Positions 56,968 through 64,000 of a DNA stretch of 64,000 nt are shown here, in pieces. The position numbers and the translations under genes were made by a program. Location of the stretch: the IMG/VR virus record IMGVR_UViG_3300017991_000002, positions 62,001 to 126,000 of that record; one strand, written 5' to 3'. The notes beneath the pieces were generated by a model. It saw only the letters and a list, made by a program, of their open reading frames with translations, was not told the DNA's origin and searched no databases. Each line of letters begins with the position of its first letter. Within the stretch, counting starts at the first letter, position 1.

Positions 56968-59900
56968 AGAAAAAAATTATTTTTATTATTTTGATCACTA
57001 TGTTTTTTATACAGTACTCACAAAGCGAGGTACTGTATAAAGGGGACAAATCAGAATGTATGACCAAGGACGGTTTTCAGCTTCAGATCCCAATTATGCC
57101 TATTAGGTCCTCAAATTCTGATATGACCACTACCGGTATTATTGATCTTCCCATATGGGGTGGATATTTCCAGATGGCTGTTGACGAAGTGAGTGGAGAT
57201 GTTTGGCTTCTATATCACGAAGGAGGAGAGTATACAGAGTCTCCTGTATCTCTATTCAACTGTCATACCATGGAGAGAATAGCCGTACCTGATGCAAAGG
57301 TTAAATGGGGCCTGCTTAGGAGTGGGATTGCTGCCAGAGACGGAATTATCCACGTTGCCTGGTCTCCGGATAACCAGCACATCATGTATCGATCCTTTAA
57401 TACGGTATCAAGGACATGGACGGGACAGGAACAGATTTACCAAGACCAGGAATATCCCTCTGTCCCTGACGCTGATACGGGTAACTGCTCCCTTGCAGTG
57501 TCAAGCAATGGAACGGTTATGTGCGTCTTTGCATCAGACTTCAAGATGCAGAGCAGATTCAAATCCCCTGGACAGGGGTGGTCAGGGATTCAAGAAGTTG
57601 CCCCTTATCACACAAATGAGCCTCGGTGCCCAAGCGTCCAATCAAACGGAAATGGGTTTACGGTCTCTTATACAGCCGTATTTCATGCGGACAGGGGATC
57701 AGTGGCGACTTCCTATTGGAACGGAAATTGGAGTAGGGATCCTTATTACTGTAACGACGTTGGTTCCTCATGGCCGGACTCTGCCTCATGCTTTGTAGAT
57801 CCAAATGGTAACAATTACACTGCATGGATATTATGGGAGGGGTCCACTCAAAAGTATTCACGAATAGGATTTGGTCAAAAGGTAAATGGACAATGGAGTC
57901 AGAATACATGGAGCATTGTCTCTGTCGGGGGAGATATTGAGCATCCCCCAATGACTCCTGTTGCGGTTGATGCCGAGGGGAATATCGTTGCTGGATACTT
58001 TAACTTTGTCTCTTCAGACAAAAGAACCTTCTTAAAGATCAAGGAAAAGGGAAAGGATTGGGTTACTCTCCAGAAGGGTGAAGACAGCCATATTGCTGTC
58101 ACTTATAACCCAACCAACAAATATTTCTATTCAGTTTATATAAACGGAACCTTGAAGCTCGAAACCTTCAGTTTTGAGTCTCAGGTGGAACCAACCCCTA
58201 CCCCCACCCCGTCAACACCTGAAGACAACATTCCGCTATGGGATGTCTTTGAGGTAGAACTTTATACCTCTAAAAACTATGGCAATCCTTTTACCGATGA
58301 GACATTATTTGGATGGTTTGCCGAACCGGGAACGTCCCTCCCTTCAAATGAGTGTAATGGGGACTGCCATGCAGTTGAGGGAGTATATGATGGGATAGAA
58401 AACGGCAAGCATAAATTCTTGCTAAGATTCAGACCGGATATTAAAGGTGAGTGGACTTATGCAACATTCTCTGCCACTGGAAATACGGATCTGAGAATTG
58501 CAAATAAGAAGTTGACAGTAGTAGAGCCTAGAGAAAACAATCATGGTCCTATGCATCGAGATGGGAAATATATCTGGCATGCCGATGGCACAGCCCATCA
58601 ACACTTGGGTGGGACGTCATTCGGTCTCCTGTGGAGGGGTCCGTATCTTCAGTATCTCCAAAAGAACATAGACCAGGGAGTAACCTATTTCCGAATCGGC
58701 CTCCTGATAGCATGGGGAGAAGGGTGTTCTAGCCAAGGCGGATGGGAAGGATGCTGCGGCGATGGCTATAGGAATGGATGCTGGCTGGGACTCTCTCCCT
58801 TCGAAACGTGGTTCTTCCCCCCTACTCAAAATATTGATTGGGCACGGATGAATATTGGTCTATTTCAGAAGCTGGATGAGGTTATGAACTATCTCCTAGA
58901 GAGGGGATGCTATGCAGAACTCCTCATTTATGATGCATCGATCAATTACTGTCTACGGGAATATGGATCTGAGTACGGGTACGTGAAGGATGATGGAAGA
59001 CAGACTCACTATCTCAAATATTTGGCTAAGAGGTATAAGGCATATCCACATTTCTGGTATGAGCTTGGTAATGAGATCCGTCACTCTACTCCAATAACCC
59101 AAATGGCTCCCTCCCAGGAATGGGTGATTTGGGTTTTCAATACATTAAGCTCAATTGATCCTGAGAGACTTCTTGCTTATGAGGCCCCTGGTGCATCAGC
59201 TTATGGAGACCCCCAATGGGACTGGAATCCTTCATTTCACTACGATTGGTTCCATACTATTGAACAAGGCTCACATAAAGTAATCTTGGAGCAGTTTGCT
59301 GATATTATCAATATCCATACTGCTCGAGGGTATGAATGGTGGTCTGCCGGGCCTATGCAGATGGAGTACCTATCTGATACCTTCGGCAAGCCAGTCAACA
59401 ACGATGAACCTCATCGAAAAGGATACTATGGCATCCCGTGCGAGGACTGGCAGATACGGAGATCAGCCTGGAGGACAGCCTTCGTAGGAAATGCATACTA
59501 CACAATACACGGGGTTTCCCTTGGAGATTTCTGCAGGGCCTGCCTCGAAGACTCCGATCTGGGTGCTGGTATGTCAAATCACTTTACGAAGTTCTGGGAT
59601 AAGATAGGAACTTACAACTTCGAACGAGATAATAGCCTGATCGAAGGGTCTGGAAGTGCCCGTCGGTGTATGCATCGAGACAGCATTTATGTCTATTACG
59701 AAGAAGATGGATTCGGTTGGGTTCGATTAAAGACCCACCATAATAAGACATATGAGATGTATGTAATGGACACATCGACAGGTGAGGTTATTGAAGAGAA
59801 AATAAAAGACAGTCAGAACCCTACTGTGTTTATTGGCGACTTTAAACGTGACTATGCGGCCTTTCTTAGACCGTATACTCCTCCCACTCCAACACCAACT

Positions 59901-60083
59901 CCTACCCCGAAGCCTACACCAACCCCAGGCAACGGAGGTGGTCCGGGATGTGGATGTGCCCATTTCGCCTTTGCAAGTGAAGGGGAGTGGACAGTAGCGG
60001 ATGAGGCTATGGAGATAGGTCCCACCTTTTTGACGATAATCGTCCTGGTAATCGTTACTGGTTACTTAAGACGATACCTTTAA
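56964..60083 (+). CDS. Secreted, C-terminally membrane-anchored protein: beta-propeller + DUF5060 + DUF4038-like glycoside hydrolase
   Basis: Signal peptide; PT linkers; WDVFE..NPF.D..YDG..RF.P...G.W.Y; LGNE, NDEP; GGGPGCGC, TM, RR. Confidence 0.8.
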   Translation: MKKKIIFIILITMFFIQYSQSEVLYKGDKSECMTKDGFQLQIPIMPIRSSNSDMTTTGIIDLPIWGGYFQMAVDEVSGDVWLLYHEGGEYTESPVSLFNCHTMERIAVPDAKVKWGLLRSGIAARDGIIHVAWSPDNQHIMYRSFNTVSRTWTGQEQIYQDQEYPSVPDADTGNCSLAVSSNGTVMCVFASDFKMQSRFKSPGQGWSGIQEVAPYHTNEPRCPSVQSNGNGFTVSYTAVFHADRGSVATSYWNGNWSRDPYYCNDVGSSWPDSASCFVDPNGNNYTAWILWEGSTQKYSRIGFGQKVNGQWSQNTWSIVSVGGDIEHPPMTPVAVDAEGNIVAGYFNFVSSDKRTFLKIKEKGKDWVTLQKGEDSHIAVTYNPTNKYFYSVYINGTLKLETFSFESQVEPTPTPTPSTPEDNIPLWDVFEVELYTSKNYGNPFTDETLFGWFAEPGTSLPSNECNGDCHAVEGVYDGIENGKHKFLLRFRPDIKGEWTYATFSATGNTDLRIANKKLTVVEPRENNHGPMHRDGKYIWHADGTAHQHLGGTSFGLLWRGPYLQYLQKNIDQGVTYFRIGLLIAWGEGCSSQGGWEGCCGDGYRNGCWLGLSPFETWFFPPTQNIDWARMNIGLFQKLDEVMNYLLERGCYAELLIYDASINYCLREYGSEYGYVKDDGRQTHYLKYLAKRYKAYPHFWYELGNEIRHSTPITQMAPSQEWVIWVFNTLSSIDPERLLAYEAPGASAYGDPQWDWNPSFHYDWFHTIEQGSHKVILEQFADIINIHTARGYEWWSAGPMQMEYLSDTFGKPVNNDEPHRKGYYGIPCEDWQIRRSAWRTAFVGNAYYTIHGVSLGDFCRACLEDSDLGAGMSNHFTKFWDKIGTYNFERDNSLIEGSGSARRCMHRDSIYVYYEEDGFGWVRLKTHHNKTYEMYVMDTSTGEVIEEKIKDSQNPTVFIGDFKRDYAAFLRPYTPPTPTPTPTPKPTPTPGNGGGPGCGCAHFAFASEGEWTVADEAMEIGPTFLTIIVLVIVTGYLRRYL

Positions 60084-60103
60084 CCCTAACAGGAGGTACC
60101 TGT

Positions 60104-60433
60104 ATGTACTACAGTATTGTAAAGGCCGAAAACGCTGTTGATTTGGCCAAAACCCTCAGCAGTGAGGTTCAGGAAGGTAGATACCCTCACGGAAATATTT
60201 TCTGTGTTAAGGGTATCCTTTATCATGCTACGGCTATACCAAATGGTAAGAAGCCGAGAATCGTTCCAAATAAGATTGTCTATGCCGCGGTTGGAGGAAG
60301 CATTGACGACTTAATGGACAACGTCAACATGCTTAACGAGCAGGAGGGCTATACGGCATTGAACGACATTTTCTGGTGGGATTCGGGGAGTATCTTTATT
60401 CAGCTCATGGTTCTACCGGGATTTAGCCGATAG
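60104..60433 (+). CDS. Tandem DUF1737-like small protein
   Basis: Two L...V/L......EG.P/Y units. Confidence 0.6.
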   Translation: MYYSIVKAENAVDLAKTLSSEVQEGRYPHGNIFCVKGILYHATAIPNGKKPRIVPNKIVYAAVGGSIDDLMDNVNMLNEQEGYTALNDIFWWDSGSIFIQLMVLPGFSR

Positions 60434-60449
60434 GTACTCTTGGAAGGCA

Positions 60450-60647
60450 TTGTCAAAAACAACGATGAGCGAAGACATTCTCACAGATAAGAGCCCGAGG
60501 GAAGAACTGCAGGAGATTAGGGACCATGTAAAGGAATGCCCTATTGGATGGTTTAGGGGCAGGATAATGAGACACCTGAATATCTCCGACGAAGAAGTTA
60601 TTGTGTGGCTCCAGAAACTTTTCTTTATCACAGGTAATGAGGGCTAA
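60450..60647 (+). CDS. Small hypothetical protein
   Basis: ORF fills the gap. Confidence 0.5.
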   Translation: MSKTTMSEDILTDKSPREELQEIRDHVKECPIGWFRGRIMRHLNISDEEVIVWLQKLFFITGNEG

Positions 60648-60656
60648 CCTCGGTTT

Positions 60657-60785
60657 AGGGACGGCGACGTGGTGGGAACACGTCCGATGACCGCATGTAG
60701 GCGTTGCACGGTGGCGGGACTGGCAGAAATCCTAGAAGCCTTGGAAAACCGAAACACGTAGGAGGTTCGATTCCTCCCGTCTCTG
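60657..60785 (+). ncRNA. tRNA-like RNA (acceptor, D-like and T arms; no canonical anticodon arm)
   Basis: AGGGACG/CGTCTCT acceptor, GACGTG/CACGTC stem, GGAGG-TTCGATT-CCTCC T arm. Confidence 0.6.
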
Positions 60786-60802
60786 GACCGTTCTTTTGCT
60801 TC

Positions 60803-61042
60803 ATGAGAAAGACCGATAATTTGCGGAACTTTAGTCGATCTGTTATAAAGCACATTACCTCTGGAATGATTACCGTAGATCGTGATACTTACGATAACAG
60901 GATGAAAGAATGTGACTATTGTATAGAACGTATGGGGTCTCGCTGCAGAGCCTGTGGATGCTTTGTTAAGATAAAGGCAAGATGGTTGGAGCAGAGATGT
61001 CCTTTAAATAGGTGGGAAACATACAAAGGAGAGGATTCATGA
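60803..61042 (+). CDS. Cys-rich small protein (C..C...C..CGCF..K.....CP..RW)
   Basis: Conserved Cys pattern. Confidence 0.7.
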   Translation: MRKTDNLRNFSRSVIKHITSGMITVDRDTYDNRMKECDYCIERMGSRCRACGCFVKIKARWLEQRCPLNRWETYKGEDS

Positions 61043-61329
61043 ACATTGGCGAGTTTAAAGAAAGAATAAAAGATATTCCGGATGATTGGGAATTCACGAA
61101 TTCGTTTTACTATGTCATAGATGAAGAGGCCGGCGTGATGGTTATTGTTCACAGACCTTTTGTGGGTGTCCTAGTGGATCAAGCAGAGAATCAGATTGCA
61201 TTTGTCTCCGGGGAAGATTTGGAGGCAACCGATAAGGCATGTCACGAAGTTATCCCTTTAACTGAAAACTTTAAGATCTCCGAACTGGATCCTTTGGATG
61301 AGGAGGACGAGGATGATAACGGGGATTGA
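61039..61329 (+). CDS. Acidic hypothetical protein
   Basis: GGAGAGG RBS, ATGA overlap. Confidence 0.75.
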   Translation: MNIGEFKERIKDIPDDWEFTNSFYYVIDEEAGVMVIVHRPFVGVLVDQAENQIAFVSGEDLEATDKACHEVIPLTENFKISELDPLDEEDEDDNGD

Positions 61330-61561
61330 GTTTGTTGCAGATGACATCGGTGATGACCCTACTGTCTTGTCCGGAAAACTTATGATCAAGTATGAAATTC
61401 CTGTAATAAAGTTTGAGTGCGTGATTACTTCCAATGGAGTGGAGTTTAAAGATGTCGTCACCAATAAACCAAGAAGGCTGTACAGGAAATTAAGATTGCC
61501 GGTTTATAAAAATGCCAGTATGCCCACTTATAGTGGACATATTGGCACAGAAATAAACTGA
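61313..61561 (+). CDS. Hypothetical protein with sub-terminal RKLRL
   Basis: AGGAGG RBS. Confidence 0.65.
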   Translation: MITGIEFVADDIGDDPTVLSGKLMIKYEIPVIKFECVITSNGVEFKDVVTNKPRRLYRKLRLPVYKNASMPTYSGHIGTEIN

Positions 61562-61626
61562 TTATTGACAATATAACTTACAACCCACAACAAAACTATG
61601 GGATACAGGAGATAAGGTCAAGTAAG

Positions 61627-61917
61627 ATGAAGGACGGTACTATAGACAGCATAAAGGTGGATGGGAAGAGGAGGAAACTTGCAACACCATTGTCTGTTAA
61701 TATCATTCCTGACGATACTGTGGGGTTTATTGCTGTGTGTGAGGATCTGATCCTTTTCGGGACAGGGAGAACTAAGATACAGGCTATAAAGGATCTTCGA
61801 TCAATAGTCTCTCATTTCTACGAGTATTACAGGGACATTGAGGAGGATAAGTTAATAGGTCAGGCAATTCTTCAAAAACGATACTATGAAAATTTATTGG
61901 AGGAGGATAATGATTAG
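61627..61917 (+). CDS. HicB-like fold protein
   Basis: FIAVCEDL.LFGTG.T..QAI.DL. Confidence 0.55.
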   Translation: MKDGTIDSIKVDGKRRKLATPLSVNIIPDDTVGFIAVCEDLILFGTGRTKIQAIKDLRSIVSHFYEYYRDIEEDKLIGQAILQKRYYENLLEEDND

Positions 61918-62251
61918 AGAAAAATTGTATCTTGAGTGTTCCTGTTCGAGTGATGAACATACACTGAGGTTTACTTTATGGAGGTCAGAGTTCGACGATA
62001 CACAGGAGGTGGAGATATTTGCTCACGTTTTCCTTAATGATCGGCCTCTTCTTGGAAGAATAAAAAATGCCATAAAATATATCTTCGGGTATAAGTGCCG
62101 GTATGGTCATTGGGACGAATTTATCACAAATGATCCCGAGGAGGTAAAAAGATTACGGGATATGTGCAATAAGTTTCTTGAGCTAAGTGATGAAACACTT
62201 CCCAAGGAACTGAACAAAAATAGAAAAATAAGACTTGGAGGAGAAGAATGA
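61910..62251 (+). CDS. Conserved phage protein with RKIRL tag
   Basis: C.C...EH; RIK.A.KYIFGYK.RYG.WDE; ends NRKIRLGGEE*. Confidence 0.8.
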   Translation: MIREKLYLECSCSSDEHTLRFTLWRSEFDDTQEVEIFAHVFLNDRPLLGRIKNAIKYIFGYKCRYGHWDEFITNDPEEVKRLRDMCNKFLELSDETLPKELNKNRKIRLGGEE

Positions 62252-62709
62252 GGAAGAAGACAATAACAACCAAATACCACAAGATTACCAGAGAGTGGTG
62301 GTTTGATGTAGTTCCCCTCACGAAAGTGGGAGGGTTTATGGACTATTGTTTGGAGGCTATTTCTGATATCTACCCCCTCCCTGATGAGAAGATTGTTGTC
62401 GAAATAGGGTTTAAAGAAGGGAATTATGTCGAGAATGGAGGCTACATGATAAAAATAGCCAATAATTTTGGAGAGAAGCTATCCTCATACTCATGCTTTG
62501 CAGCAGCAGTGAGAATGGGCGATGCGTTCGAAGATGTATTTCCTCACGATTTTATTGACAGCCTTATTCATAAGATACAGAAAGATATGAGATCTGAAGG
62601 GATCAGGGGATGGCTGAGGGAGTTCTTCTGGTTCAGTTCACATTGGTTTCGGTCGGCTCCTTTGAATAGGGGATCAAAGAAGAGGTTGAAAAGGAAGTCA
62701 AAGTTATGA
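62248..62709 (+). CDS. Hypothetical protein
   Basis: ATGA overlap, GGAGG RBS. Confidence 0.7.
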   Translation: MRKKTITTKYHKITREWWFDVVPLTKVGGFMDYCLEAISDIYPLPDEKIVVEIGFKEGNYVENGGYMIKIANNFGEKLSSYSCFAAAVRMGDAFEDVFPHDFIDSLIHKIQKDMRSEGIRGWLREFFWFSSHWFRSAPLNRGSKKRLKRKSKL

Positions 62710-63110
62710 GGTTCCTAAAGGCGGTATTGAAGAGACTGACTCTGACGATTCCTGTAAGAAGATTATTTTTGAGGTCGATAAGAAGGGATCATCGGGTTAA
62801 GATGTTTGTCGTATCCAGAAGAGACATCCCTCAACACTATCGAACAGTTTGCTACCTTCATGCGGTGTCCCTAATGACCTCCCGCCTGAAGTACACAAAA
62901 CGATGTGCTCGATGGGATCCTGATGTCAATATTATCGTTCCTTTGCTTACTGATGATCATCACAGCCTTCGGGAACTGCAGCATTACTTGAAAGGTACCC
63001 TTGGCTGGTCAGTTGCCTCCTGGGAAACTCCGTATGGCGTCGGCGCCTTCGCCTTTATCGCTGGAGATGAAGAGGCTATAACAATAATCGATAATCTTAC
63101 AATTGCCTGA
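62706..63110 (+). CDS. Divergent Pth2 (peptidyl-tRNA hydrolase II)-like protein
   Basis: KMFVV.R.DI.......HA...W...IV.L...L..L pattern. Confidence 0.45.
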   Translation: MRFLKAVLKRLTLTIPVRRLFLRSIRRDHRVKMFVVSRRDIPQHYRTVCYLHAVSLMTSRLKYTKRCARWDPDVNIIVPLLTDDHHSLRELQHYLKGTLGWSVASWETPYGVGAFAFIAGDEEAITIIDNLTIA

Positions 63111-63134
63111 ATGAGGGTATGAGAGGTTTATTTA

Positions 63135-63422
63135 ATGACCCAACCTATGTGGATAAAGGAAGCTGCTGCCTTAGCTATCAGCAGAGTACGATTTGAAGGG
63201 GCATACTTTAATGAAGGAACTGAAGAGGTGAGAAGAATTACAAAAGGCTTTGTCGAATCTTGGATTGTTCCTATTTTGAGGTCGATAAGAGATAGAGATA
63301 GTGAGACGGCCAGGTGTTATTTAGAGGGGGAGGAGAAGTACATCAATCATGGTATGGAAGACGGGAAGAATCAAAAGTCGTATTATGAAAGTCCCCGTAT
63401 TATATCATCCACCCCTTTGTAG
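63135..63422 (+). CDS. Hypothetical protein
   Basis: GAGGT RBS; V.SWI.P.L. Confidence 0.7.
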   Translation: MTQPMWIKEAAALAISRVRFEGAYFNEGTEEVRRITKGFVESWIVPILRSIRDRDSETARCYLEGEEKYINHGMEDGKNQKSYYESPRIISSTPL

Positions 63423-63428
63423 TATAAC

Positions 63429-63491
63429 AAAAAACGGAGCCCTTGGAAGGCCAGTAGTTTCAACCCTATCCGCCTTCTGGGGGCTTTTTTT
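63429..63491. terminator. Probable bidirectional terminator between convergent genes
   Basis: A tract, AGCCCTTGGAAGGC...GCCTTCTGGGGGCT, T tract. Confidence 0.6.
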
Positions 63492-64000
63492 ATGCCTTCT
63501 GGGTAAGCTTGGAGAATATCGGATACCAGTTATGCTGCTCAACAAGACCATACTTGAGGTGCCATAGCATACACTGAACGTTTCTCAGGTTTATGTATCC
63601 CTTCATCTTCGTCCAACGACTTGGAATAACCAGGGTTGGCAAACACCTGAACAGGATTCCTTGTCTGTCTTCAACCAACTGATGATGGAAGTGGCCCGTG
63701 TGCCATTCGTGAAACTGAGTTTGGGCCCAAGCCTCCTTCATTTCGTTTGTCATGAGGCTATACAGGCGTTCCTTCTTTTCCTGGTCCCCGTGGCAGAAAC
63801 CGATGAGATTATTACCAAAATGATAATACTTCCTCATCATGGGTCTGTTTTCCACGGTAACATTATCATCGCTTCTGTACCAACAATGAAGCGCATCCCC
63901 GAGGTGGAACATTCTGTCCGGTGCGTGGTTGTCGAGAACTACAATGACCTTTACGGGGCCCAATTGACGGCACATGTCTATTATCTTAACCCACATCTCC
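63490..64000 (-). CDS. Metallophosphoesterase-like phage protein (5' part outside the window)
   Basis: DNH, HGD, HTGHFHH, W....GY. Confidence 0.75.
   Translation of the reverse strand, partial: EMWVKIIDMCRQLGPVKVIVVLDNHAPDRMFHLGDALHCWYRSDDNVTVENRPMMRKYYHFGNNLIGFCHGDQEKKERLYSLMTNEMKEAWAQTQFHEWHTGHFHHQLVEDRQGILFRCLPTLVIPSRWTKMKGYINLRNVQCMLWHLKYGLVEQHNWYPIFSKLTQKA

Noticed and set aside
60704-60802. 5' extension of ORF 60704-61042
   Set aside because: Overlaps the tRNA-like structure; ATG 60803 gives a compact Cys-rich protein.
62767-63290. 17-nt direct repeat TTTTGAGGTCGATAAGA (62767 and 63274)
   Set aside because: Only two copies, both within coding sequence (LRSIR); compatible with chance in 64 kb.
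1-64000. CRISPR array, integrase/transposase, inteins or introns, alternative genetic code
   Set aside because: No regularly spaced repeats or such motifs were seen by eye; core genes are full length in code 11 and all three stop codons are used.

Overview
This is a 64-kb segment of a large, divergent tailed bacteriophage genome (bacterial host inferred from AGGAGG RBSs, a TTGACA-17-TAAATT promoter, and HU-like and sigma-like genes). Genes run on the + strand until a convergent terminator at ~63.45 kb. Layout: (i) 0-4 kb, a candidate large structured ncRNA and a LonC-type Lon protease; (ii) 4-32.6 kb, dozens of small, tightly coupled accessory genes; (iii) 32.6-35 kb, XRE and sigma-like regulators; (iv) 35-51 kb, replication/recombination genes (UvsW-like helicase, DnaB, primase, UDG-PolA, UvsY-like, gp32-like SSB, RecA, PolX, 5' nuclease, fused Mre11-Rad50, RuvC, second sigma-like, Mor-like); (v) terminase and T4 gp20-type portal; (vi) a secreted, membrane-anchored glycoside-hydrolase-like protein, a tRNA-like element and more small genes. 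The main unexplained signal is a short peptide tag, R-[RKVI]-[LI]-x-[IVLFM] (typically RKLRI/RRLRI), at the C-terminus of at least 26 mostly unrelated proteins. It is written with varied synonymous codons, is densest just downstream of the lonC gene, and also occurs at the N-termini of the polymerase and large terminase. It may be a phage-wide protein address or degron system. All family calls come from motif recognition by eye; no database searches were run.
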